DNA of 49,071 nt from a virus (taxonomy: Duplodnaviria; Caudoviricetes): IMG/VR virus record IMGVR_UViG_3300016472_000368, positions 1-49,071 of that record; one strand, 5' to 3'. Positions 9,523 to 16,767 of this stretch are shown here, piece by piece. The notes beneath the pieces were generated by a model that was given only the letters and a program-made list of their open reading frames with translations, ran no database searches and was not told the DNA's origin. Position 1 is the stretch's first letter, and each line of letters opens with the position of its first letter. Both the position numbers and the translations under genes were made by a program.

Positions 9523-9822
9523 TCAAACCCTTGGCATAGATGAGGCAATTCGTATGTTACTAAAGATTTGTCGGTAATTATCTTGAAGCTCTTGTAGAGG
9601 TGTTGAAATCATCAGTACATCATTCATTGAAATTTTGAACCCAGTTTTGAATTCTTCAGCATATTCAACAAAAGGTACAAACATTACACCGGAACCTTCT
9701 TTGGTTGGTTGTAAGGCTACTTGAAGTGGTTCTTTGATTAAGATATATGATTGGTCAAAGGGTGTTTCAACCTTAGCAATCAGTGTGTGATTTGTTTTAA
9801 GTGTTACAAGTTTGATATTCAT
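9523..9822 (-). CDS. Conserved hypothetical protein (Sm-like beta fold likely)
   Basis: 99-aa ORF in the operon upstream of gp43; pattern similar to the 27906-28322 ORF (IKLxxLxTxxxxI...PF/PW). Confidence 0.6.
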   Translation of the reverse strand: MNIKLVTLKTNHTLIAKVETPFDQSYILIKEPLQVALQPTKEGSGVMFVPFVEYAEEFKTGFKISMNDVLMISTPLQELQDNYRQIFSNIRIASSMPRV

Positions 9823-10046
9823 TATACATTCACCTTTTTACTTTCAGGAAAAACAGCCAGTGTTACCCAACGTTTAGGAAACAACATTTCACGACCCTCA
9901 AAGTCGCGCATGTTGTAATTTGGATCAGGTATAAACCCAATAAGTTCGACCATGTTATCAAAATTACGCAAAACCAAATCATACTTTTCTGCTTTTGTAA
10001 TCTTATTTTCGTGAGCTATTTTTTTTGCTAAATCTTGAATATTCAT
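9822..10046 (-). CDS. Hypothetical protein
   Basis: 74 aa, tightly packed in the operon, GAGAA/AAGAG SD-like sequence upstream. Confidence 0.6.
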   Translation of the reverse strand: MNIQDLAKKIAHENKITKAEKYDLVLRNFDNMVELIGFIPDPNYNMRDFEGREMLFPKRWVTLAVFPESKKVNV

Positions 10047-10056
10047 ATAAATTCTC

Positions 10057-10428
10057 TTAAACGAATTGTTTAAAATTTGGTGCTTGCCACCCTTCAGGTT
10101 TTAAAATTTTACCATCTTCACGTTTTAAAACTTTTCGTGTTTTAGGATCAATTTTTTTTAGATTACTTAGAGCACCTTCATCCCAAATTTTGTCCACATC
10201 CCAACCTCTCGAAATCATGTAACCAATGGTTACCCATAAAAGGTCAAAACATGCATCAGCGATTTCAGCATCATTATTTTGATATTTTGCAGTAATTAAT
10301 TCACTAAATTCTTCACCAATTAGTTTCATATACAATGAAGCCTGTTTTTCATCATAACATTTAGTTTTTTGATTTGCAGCTTCCATAAATATATGGACAT
10401 CTTTAAACACAGTTTTCATTTTTTTCAT
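10057..10428 (-). CDS. MazG-like/PRA-PH-type all-alpha NTP pyrophosphohydrolase
   Basis: EEFSEL...EIADACFD acidic motif, SNLKK, DGKILKPEGW. Confidence 0.8.
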   Translation of the reverse strand: MKKMKTVFKDVHIFMEAANQKTKCYDEKQASLYMKLIGEEFSELITAKYQNNDAEIADACFDLLWVTIGYMISRGWDVDKIWDEGALSNLKKIDPKTRKVLKREDGKILKPEGWQAPNFKQFV

Positions 10429-10431
10429 TTT

Positions 10432-10614
10432 TTATTGATTATTTGGAGCAATTGGAAACTTACGCACAACAATTTTTTCGTTTTCCAAAAAGCAATCTAG
10501 AACATCACCTTCTTTCCATCCCATTTTTTCCATAAGTTCTGTTGGTATTTCGACCAACGCATCACCATTTTCTAAAATATCTAGAACTTGGCTTGTGTAT
10601 ACATTATCAGACAT
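10432..10614 (-). CDS. AbrB/MazE/SpoVT-type DNA-binding protein
   Basis: GDALVEIPxELMEKMGWKEGDVL swapped-hairpin signature; SD GAGG. Confidence 0.75.
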   Translation of the reverse strand: MSDNVYTSQVLDILENGDALVEIPTELMEKMGWKEGDVLDCFLENEKIVVRKFPIAPNNQ

Positions 10615-10699
10615 TTTTTACCTCACATTTGATTAAAAATACAACACTATCGGCACTGCGATGGGCTTTACGATGGGGGTGTGATTTTTTATAGAATCC

Positions 10700-10728
10700 A
10701 TTATATAATAAAAACAAGGGAGGGTCAA
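10700..10728 (-). promoter_or_regulatory. Sigma70-type promoter TTGACC-17-TATAAT embedded in the hsp20 terminator
   Basis: Exact 17-bp spacing; the -35 box lies in the hairpin loop and 3' arm. Confidence 0.7.
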
Positions 10729-10738
10729 GCCCTCCCTC
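10708..10738 (-). terminator. Rho-independent terminator after hsp20
   Basis: AGGGAGGG-CTTGA-CCCTCCCT followed by TGTTTTTATT. Confidence 0.75.
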
Positions 10739-10742
10739 TCAC

Positions 10743-11216
10743 TTATGCCGATTTGGTTTCTTGTAACAATTGTGGCTTAAATACCCCAAGGTTACCACCA
10801 ATTTCAACCTTGCGTGGCTTCTTATGGTCTGGAATAATATTTTCTAGACCGATACGAAGAATACCGTTTTCGAATTCGGCACCACGAACTTCAATTGTAT
10901 CAGCAACCGTAAAAGTTTTGGTAAAAGAGCGTGTACCAATACCACGATGCACATACTGAGCGCTGTTTACCTGTTCTTTCTTTTCACCTTTCACAATTAG
11001 ACTGCCATCTTCAATTGTAACGTCGATTTCACCTTTGGCAAAACCAGCCAAAGCCATTTCAACAACATAGCGGTTGTCGTCTAGGCGAATAATATTGTGT
11101 GGTGGAAAGTTAGAGGCCTTGGCTTGAGGGTCATCTTTAAGTAATCTCTCAACATCATTAAAAAAGCGTTCAAAACCAAGGGTTGTATAGTGAAGTGGGC
11201 GTAATACATAAGTCAT
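10743..11216 (-). CDS. Small heat-shock protein Hsp20 (IbpA-like)
   Basis: FPPHNI, VEMALAGF, HRGIGTRSF, AEFENGILRI alpha-crystallin domain. Confidence 0.95.
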   Translation of the reverse strand: MTYVLRPLHYTTLGFERFFNDVERLLKDDPQAKASNFPPHNIIRLDDNRYVVEMALAGFAKGEIDVTIEDGSLIVKGEKKEQVNSAQYVHRGIGTRSFTKTFTVADTIEVRGAEFENGILRIGLENIIPDHKKPRKVEIGGNLGVFKPQLLQETKSA

Positions 11217-11276
11217 AGTTTTCTCCTTAAATAAGCAAGTTTAAAGTAACCAACCCATTAGGCATTGGTTACTCTT
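11217..11276 (-). promoter_or_regulatory. hsp20 5'UTR, ROSE-like RNA thermometer candidate
   Basis: 5' hairpin AGTAACCAA/TTGGTTACT, then CUUGCUU-AUUU-AAGGAG pairing the SD with a bulged G. Confidence 0.6.
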
Positions 11277-11448
11277 TATTTAGTATTTTAAAAGCGTTTC
11301 GATTAACAAGATACCTTCTTTTTGGGTTTTCTTCCTTAAAGACATTAATAAACTCCAAACCATCTCTCTCTCGGTAATCATTGTAATTTTCAGTGTATAC
11401 AATTTCATTTGTATATAGATTTTTCAACTTTACATTTGGTTTTTTCAT
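11269..11448 (-). CDS. Small hypothetical protein (59 aa, absent from the ORF track)
   Basis: Hand translation MKKPNVKLKNLYTNEIVYTENYNDYRERDGLEFINVFKEENPKRRYLVNRNAFKILNKE; fills the regA-hsp20 gap exactly. Confidence 0.7.
   Translation of the reverse strand: MKKPNVKLKNLYTNEIVYTENYNDYRERDGLEFINVFKEENPKRRYLVNRNAFKILNKE
11277..11284 (-). promoter_or_regulatory. Late-promoter variant ACTAAATA for hsp20
   Basis: Same variant precedes gp18; sits immediately before the UTR hairpin. Confidence 0.5.
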
Positions 11449-11450
11449 TT

Positions 11451-11867
11451 CTATTGCTCAACTTTCTTTTTTCCTATAGTATATTTACTTACAAGTTCCC
11501 ACTCATTTTTTTCTTTATATGAAAGGATTTTAATTTGATTCAAAGGTGCTAAATTGTTTTCAATTTTTTCTTTTTCATCTTCCAGTATTTTCAATAATTT
11601 CCATTCTTGAAGTAGTTTAGTAATAGCATTTCTTCTTTGTATATCATTATCAGTGATCGTTGAGGGTTTACCGTCAAGCGCAAATAATTCTTTAAAATGT
11701 AAAATTACATATCGGCCTTGTTTATGAAGTATATGACAAGATTGATAAAGAATTTTATCTTTGCGTGAAGAAACACCAATTCTTGTCAATGTTTCTCGCA
11801 CCTTTAAAAAAGCATCCTCATCTTCAAGTGTTATTTCAACACCAACTCCTTTGAATATGTCAAACAT
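11451..11867 (-). CDS. regA: Translational repressor RegA
   Basis: FLKVRETLTRIG, LYQSCHILHKQGRY, HFKELF. Confidence 0.97.
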   Translation of the reverse strand: MFDIFKGVGVEITLEDEDAFLKVRETLTRIGVSSRKDKILYQSCHILHKQGRYVILHFKELFALDGKPSTITDNDIQRRNAITKLLQEWKLLKILEDEKEKIENNLAPLNQIKILSYKEKNEWELVSKYTIGKKKVEQ

Positions 11868-11868
11868 A

Positions 11869-12255
11869 TCATTTCCTTAATCCACCTATTTCGGTTTTTT
11901 CTTTTAATTGTTGGATTTGTTTTTTACTAAGCAAAGTTAAAGCTTCTTGTGCTTTTATGTTCGAATAATTAAAGTATTTTTTAACACATTCTAAACCTTC
12001 ACTCTTTTCAGACTTAACCCACTTAGCAAAAGGCCTCTTTCGAGGTCTGATGGTATTTATCAGGAAAGAATTTTGTAACTTTTTATCAGCGAAATGTCTT
12101 AGATTCATTTCATTGGCAAACAGAACACAATCGAAATGATAAGAAAGTGACCTGTTTACGATGAAAGGGTTATAATCTTTTTCAGTTTGAGCATCAACAA
12201 TCAGATCCTTTTTACCATAGAGAATCTGATTTACATAGTCAAAAGGGTTGCTCAT
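11869..12255 (-). CDS. 62: Clamp loader small subunit gp62
   Basis: YNPFIVNRSLS, ANEMN, RKRPFAKW; synteny. Confidence 0.93.
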   Translation of the reverse strand: MSNPFDYVNQILYGKKDLIVDAQTEKDYNPFIVNRSLSYHFDCVLFANEMNLRHFADKKLQNSFLINTIRPRKRPFAKWVKSEKSEGLECVKKYFNYSNIKAQEALTLLSKKQIQQLKEKTEIGGLRK

Positions 12256-13403
12256 ACAAATCCCATTTTTCTTTTTTGCTTTGAACTAGAGTTATTCTGT
12301 GTATGAAAAATTTCAGCCAAAGAATAATTGTTATCGGAGAGTTTATTCGTAAAAGGTATATCAAGTTTTTTAGCAAGAATGTTTGCTTGTTCTTTAGTGT
12401 AATTTTCAAATTTTAAAATATCAAAGCAACGACCAGGTCGCACTAAAGCATCATCAATGTCATTTATTGAAGACAAATTAGTCGAAAATATAAGTTTTTT
12501 ACGCTTCATTGAAATAAGCCCATCACCCACATTTAGAAATCGATGCATCATTGTATTGCCGTCAGACCTAGATTTAAGAAAATTGTCTGCATCTTCAATG
12601 ACCATAACGCCAGCATCATCTTCAATAAACCGAGCAAATATATAATCTCGCTCAAGAATTTTGTCGTCATAAGTAACAACAGCATTCATAGCAGAGTGAT
12701 GTAACAACCCACGAATAAATGTAGTTTTACCCGTTCCTGGTGGACCGATTAAAAGAAGAATAGAAGCTGATGAATTCAAAAAACGATTATAATATTCTTC
12801 AATTTTCTCTTCACCAAGAAAAGGGTACATTTCAGAAATTGGAAGTTTTTCTGATAAGAGAGGAATGTTTACTGATTCACCGTCTGACCCGTAAATCCAT
12901 TCAACATAGCAAGTAGCGATTTTAAAATCTTTAGTGAATTGTGAATACATTTTTTCAACGAACAATTTGGATCCATATATTTTTATCTCAACAAGGTTTG
13001 GCGAGACCGTATAGTCAACAAATTCTTTCGTTTCAATGTCAATAATCATTCCAGTTTGATAACTAAATTCAATCAATTGATATTTATCAAGGTTTAAGTT
13101 AAAACGAATGTAATCATGCCATTCTTTACGCTCACAAATCAAACTTTCTTTTATAGAAGAAACTTTTTGTTTATGTTCAATTTGATACGATAAAAATTTT
13201 GTAATGTAATGATCATTTAAAGACGACGAACTTAAAAAGTATTCTGTTTGTGTTTTATCTTCCATTGACACGCCCGCTTCATATTTTCTGTCATCTTCTT
13301 TTCGTATTTTTCTTTTGTTTCGGCTACGAGCTACGTGATACTTTACACTTTTATTCATTCTTTTAGGTTGTCTTAATTTGAGGAGTTGATATAAATCATT
13401 CAT
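12252..13403 (-). CDS. AAA+ ATPase (classical-clade-like) inserted between gp44 and gp62
   Basis: GPPGTGKT, VIEDAD, FSTN, DDALVRPGRCFD second region of homology; ATGA overlaps on both sides. Confidence 0.85.
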   Translation of the reverse strand: MNDLYQLLKLRQPKRMNKSVKYHVARSRNKRKIRKEDDRKYEAGVSMEDKTQTEYFLSSSSLNDHYITKFLSYQIEHKQKVSSIKESLICERKEWHDYIRFNLNLDKYQLIEFSYQTGMIIDIETKEFVDYTVSPNLVEIKIYGSKLFVEKMYSQFTKDFKIATCYVEWIYGSDGESVNIPLLSEKLPISEMYPFLGEEKIEEYYNRFLNSSASILLLIGPPGTGKTTFIRGLLHHSAMNAVVTYDDKILERDYIFARFIEDDAGVMVIEDADNFLKSRSDGNTMMHRFLNVGDGLISMKRKKLIFSTNLSSINDIDDALVRPGRCFDILKFENYTKEQANILAKKLDIPFTNKLSDNNYSLAEIFHTQNNSSSKQKRKMGFV

Positions 13404-14332
13404 ACGAAGTCACAATTTCCCATTAATTCAATAAGGCAAGCAACAAGGTTGATTTCGCCATCCGCAACAAAGGCCTGCTTGTATTGATAATCAGCAATTA
13501 TCAATACGGCCTGCGGGATTGATTGCGGTTTCAATACGTCATATAGCGCATCATAAATCTGCCGAAACACCACATTCGCATCATAATCTCCTGAAGCCAC
13601 CCATTTACGAACAGAACTAAAATCTTTTTCTTTCATATGCTTCACGATTTCAGAAATTGAAACATTAGCGATATGTGAAAGAATACCAGAATCAATTTTA
13701 CCAAACTGCGAGTAACGCTGTAATTCGTTGATTACTCGGCGAAAATCTGGAAAGTGTTTCTTAATTAATTCAGCAACTACTTTATCTTCAAAGTCGACCG
13801 ATTCACTTCGCAGAATTTCTTTGGTTCTGACAAAAAACTCCTTGGCCATCTTAGCCTTATCACCGTTTTTAAGAGTGAAATCGACAACCGCACACCGCGA
13901 ATGTAAAGGCTCAATAATACGATTCTTATAATTACAAGTAAATATGAAAGAGCAGTTTGAAGCAAACTCTTCAATTGCGTTCCTTAAGGCGGGTTGTGTG
14001 GAGTTTGGGTTTAAATAGTCGGCTTCGTCAATGATGATGACCTTACGACCGCCAGCCAAAGACATTGATGAGGCATAGTTTTTAATTTTTACACGGAAAG
14101 TATCGATACCAGATTCGTCAGAGCCATTGATTACTAGATAATCACATCCTACTTCATTACACATGGCTTTAGCCACCGTGGTCTTGCCTACTCCTGGTCC
14201 ACCAGCAAGAATAAGGTTTGGAATAGTTTTTTGGTTGACATACTCCTGAAATGGTTTTTTCAAGCTATCTGGTAAAATACAATTTTGAATTGTCTTTGGT
14301 CGATAAGTTTCTACCCAAAGGAGTTGACTCAT
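13400..14332 (-). CDS. 44: Clamp loader large subunit gp44
   Basis: LWVETYRP, GGPGVGKT, IIDEAD, SRC motif. Confidence 0.97.
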   Translation of the reverse strand: MSQLLWVETYRPKTIQNCILPDSLKKPFQEYVNQKTIPNLILAGGPGVGKTTVAKAMCNEVGCDYLVINGSDESGIDTFRVKIKNYASSMSLAGGRKVIIIDEADYLNPNSTQPALRNAIEEFASNCSFIFTCNYKNRIIEPLHSRCAVVDFTLKNGDKAKMAKEFFVRTKEILRSESVDFEDKVVAELIKKHFPDFRRVINELQRYSQFGKIDSGILSHIANVSISEIVKHMKEKDFSSVRKWVASGDYDANVVFRQIYDALYDVLKPQSIPQAVLIIADYQYKQAFVADGEINLVACLIELMGNCDFV

Positions 14333-14361
14333 TATATAAATCCTTCACATTAAACAACATA

Positions 14362-14544
14362 TTATTTTGCTGGTTTTTTAGCTATTTTTTCTATGCAAGT
14401 TTGAACTGTTTCTCTTACTATTACATAAGTATTGTCTATAAAAGTGATACGAGTGCCTAAATTCGGCACTAATCGCACCCACTTAATTGTATCCGGGTTG
14501 ATAACAATATCCGAATTTGCCTCTGCATCTGTTAAAATAATCAT
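14362..14544 (-). CDS. FlbD/SwrD-like small protein
   Basis: Probable start 14544: MIILT...INPDTI...TRITF...IVRETVQTCIEKI pattern. Confidence 0.55.
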   Translation of the reverse strand: MIILTDAEANSDIVINPDTIKWVRLVPNLGTRITFIDNTYVIVRETVQTCIEKIAKKPAK

Positions 14545-14546
14545 AA

Positions 14547-15233
14547 TTAAGCCTTTTGAAAAGTTGAACCGATTTCTGTGGTAATCCAATATTCAACAGG
14601 CGTTTTTTTATTCTTAAAATGCGAAATACCTTTTGAGGAAATTTTCACTTCGTAGGGACCAGAAAATAACTTAGAAAAGTTTTCGGTTTTAAATACCATT
14701 TTGTATTTACTGCCTGCACCTTCTACATTCAATTCAAGCGATTCAGTGTGAGCCGAATCATTTGAAACATCCAAGGTATTCAATGTAATTTTTGTGCCAT
14801 CAGATTCAACAGAGATTTGTGGGCTGCTAAGAACATTTGCAGCGTCTAGAACCCATCGAAAATCTTCAATACTTAAATCGAATTGTATTTCGGGGTTAGA
14901 TAGAACAAGTGATTTATCAGGTGGCACAACAAGCATGGTAACATCACAAGAACGATATTTAATTTTACTGCGACCTTTAAGGCCAGAAATTATAAGATTT
15001 CTAGAATCAAATTCAAGGTTCAAATCATCTTTATGCAGAGAAACCACAGAAAGAAATTCGTTTAAATCATAGATACCAAAATCAGCAGGAATTTCATCGG
15101 GGATTGTTGCTTGTGCTAAAATGTTCTTATGTGAAGAAACGGTTTTAATTATTTTACCTTTCTTCAAGAAAATACCAGAATTAATACTGCCAAAGTTTTT
15201 TAGAATCCCAATCGTTTCACTTGAAAGTTTCAT
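14547..15233 (-). CDS. 45: Sliding clamp gp45
   Basis: MKLSxETxxILKNFxSIN, FGIYDLNEFLS. Confidence 0.96.
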   Translation of the reverse strand: MKLSSETIGILKNFGSINSGIFLKKGKIIKTVSSHKNILAQATIPDEIPADFGIYDLNEFLSVVSLHKDDLNLEFDSRNLIISGLKGRSKIKYRSCDVTMLVVPPDKSLVLSNPEIQFDLSIEDFRWVLDAANVLSSPQISVESDGTKITLNTLDVSNDSAHTESLELNVEGAGSKYKMVFKTENFSKLFSGPYEVKISSKGISHFKNKKTPVEYWITTEIGSTFQKA

Positions 15234-15513
15234 TATTACTACCTTTTATTGTGTCATGGTTGTGAAGAGCAATAATTGCATAGTGTATCACTTTGAGCAA
15301 ATCTTTGCGGTTATGTCCGTCTTTTTTGCCGTACCTTTGACAATACTTAATGACATTACCTATACAAAACCCCTCTCCGTGTTCGGAATCTATAATAAAT
15401 TCAACAGCTTGAATTTTGTTTTGCGAGTAGTGATCGCTGTAAGTAGCGTCGATATAACTTTGTAATTCTTTTAGAATTTCGGGTTCATTATATTTGTATT
15501 TTATACTGTTCAT
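15217..15513 (-). CDS. DUF3310 family protein (T7 gp1.7/SaV-like)
   Basis: HY...GFCIGNVIKYxxRYGKK...DLLKVIHY. Confidence 0.8.
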   Translation of the reverse strand: MNSIKYKYNEPEILKELQSYIDATYSDHYSQNKIQAVEFIIDSEHGEGFCIGNVIKYCQRYGKKDGHNRKDLLKVIHYAIIALHNHDTIKGSNNETFK

Positions 15514-16325
15514 AGTTTACCTACATAATTAGCTACTGCCGGCATATCACCAGTAAATGCATAACTTCCGACATGTTGCGTTTTCATCCAAGGGCACAGA
15601 AAAATTTGACCACCAATCTTACGCCACATTTGACAAAACATATAATCTTCACTTAGGTAACGATCAGTCCCGCCGTCTGTAATGGAACCCTTGGCGTCGA
15701 TCACTGTATCAAAGTATGCATGAATGTACCTAGAACCATCAAAGTTGGCTTGACCAACATGATCTGGTTTATAGTGAATCATTGGAAAGGCATCTCTCAT
15801 CTTATCAAATACATGTCTTTTAATTAACATGTAACCAGTGCCAATCTCCATCACTTCTAGTGGTTCGGTTACAGAAAATTGTTTTGTACCTTTGACCACA
15901 TTGAACACATACTGGCCAACCAACTTTTCCAATTCATGTGCTTCAAGGTCAGGATGTTTTCTTGCAGCATCAATAATGTTCTGCCAGTTGATAGCCTTCT
16001 TAGGGTATGGTCCGCCAATTACATCTTTATCGAGAGCAAGAAGTGCTACGACATCCTGTGCATGATAATGAATATCTGAATCAATAAACAATAAGTGTGT
16101 GTAATCTGTTCTAAGAAACTCATCGACAAGGTAATTACGAGCTCTTGTAATGAGAGATTCGTTAAAGAGAAAAGAAAATTTAGTTTCAACGCCATACTTG
16201 GTTAGCATGGCTTGCAGGTCAAGACTGGATTTAACATAAAGTCCGTGAGCCATACCACCATACATCGGTGTCGCCACAAAAACTTTATTTTTCCTCAATT
16301 CATCAAGTTTTACTTGTATTTCCAT
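15510..16325 (-). CDS. GT-A fold glycosyltransferase-like protein
   Basis: VATPMYGG, ESLITRARN, LLFIDSDI (DxD), GTGYMLIKR, LSEDYMFC; probable start 16325. Confidence 0.75.
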   Translation of the reverse strand: MEIQVKLDELRKNKVFVATPMYGGMAHGLYVKSSLDLQAMLTKYGVETKFSFLFNESLITRARNYLVDEFLRTDYTHLLFIDSDIHYHAQDVVALLALDKDVIGGPYPKKAINWQNIIDAARKHPDLEAHELEKLVGQYVFNVVKGTKQFSVTEPLEVMEIGTGYMLIKRHVFDKMRDAFPMIHYKPDHVGQANFDGSRYIHAYFDTVIDAKGSITDGGTDRYLSEDYMFCQMWRKIGGQIFLCPWMKTQHVGSYAFTGDMPAVANYVGKL

Positions 16326-16336
16326 AATTTGTCCAT

Positions 16337-16370
16337 AAAATAAAGAGGGATATAAAGTATATATCCCTCT
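16337..16370 (-). terminator. Rho-independent terminator after the wHTH gene
   Basis: AGAGGGATATA-TACTT-TATATCCCTCT then TTATTTT. Confidence 0.7.
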
Positions 16371-16392
16371 GTCGCTCAAAGTGGACTATCTT

Positions 16393-16665
16393 TTAGGCAA
16401 ATGCACGGCGTCCTTGTGTGCGAATTGCTGCAATACCAGCAGCAACCATACGCTTCGTTGGAGTACCAAGACGGTAAAAAGATACCCTTCCACCACTGGA
16501 AGTTTTGCGGCTATTCAAGTAAATAGCATGGCCTTCATTGCGAAGTTCATTGATTGTTGCCGATGGGTTCTTAACACCAAAAAGTGTTTGCATTTTTTTA
16601 GCGGTCAATGTATTATAGCCATCGATTTTTGAAAGATAGTTTAAGACTTTTTCTTTTGCGGACAT
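16393..16665 (-). CDS. Small basic winged-HTH DNA/RNA-binding protein
   Basis: KVLNYL...LTAKKMQTLFGVKNPSATINELRNEGHAI; start 16665 with GGAG SD; own promoter and terminator. Confidence 0.7.
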   Translation of the reverse strand: MSAKEKVLNYLSKIDGYNTLTAKKMQTLFGVKNPSATINELRNEGHAIYLNSRKTSSGGRVSFYRLGTPTKRMVAAGIAAIRTQGRRAFA

Positions 16666-16683
16666 TACAAATTTCTCCATGTT

Positions 16684-16729
16684 GGTCGCACTAAAACATT
16701 ACCGAGAGGCGACCGTTCTCTCAGTAACG
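16684..16729 (-). promoter_or_regulatory. Predicted H-type RNA pseudoknot in the wHTH leader
   Basis: S1 TTACTGAGAG/CTCTCGGTAA; loop GGTCGC pairs with downstream GCGACC, just before the SD. Confidence 0.6.
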
Positions 16730-16731
16730 AT

Positions 16732-16760
16732 AATATAACACAGGCCGAAGCCCGTGTCAA
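16732..16760 (-). promoter_or_regulatory. Sigma70-type promoter TTGACA-17-TATATT overlapping a cUUCGg hairpin
   Basis: Exact spacing; the spacer folds ACACGGGC-TTCG-GCCTGTGT. Confidence 0.75.
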
Positions 16761-16767
16761 GCATTAT

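Noticed and set aside
10633-10701. 22-aa ORF MDSIKNHTPIVKPIAVPIVLYF
   Set aside because: Its ATG lies inside the -10 box, there is no SD, and the periodicity is explained by the DNA repeat
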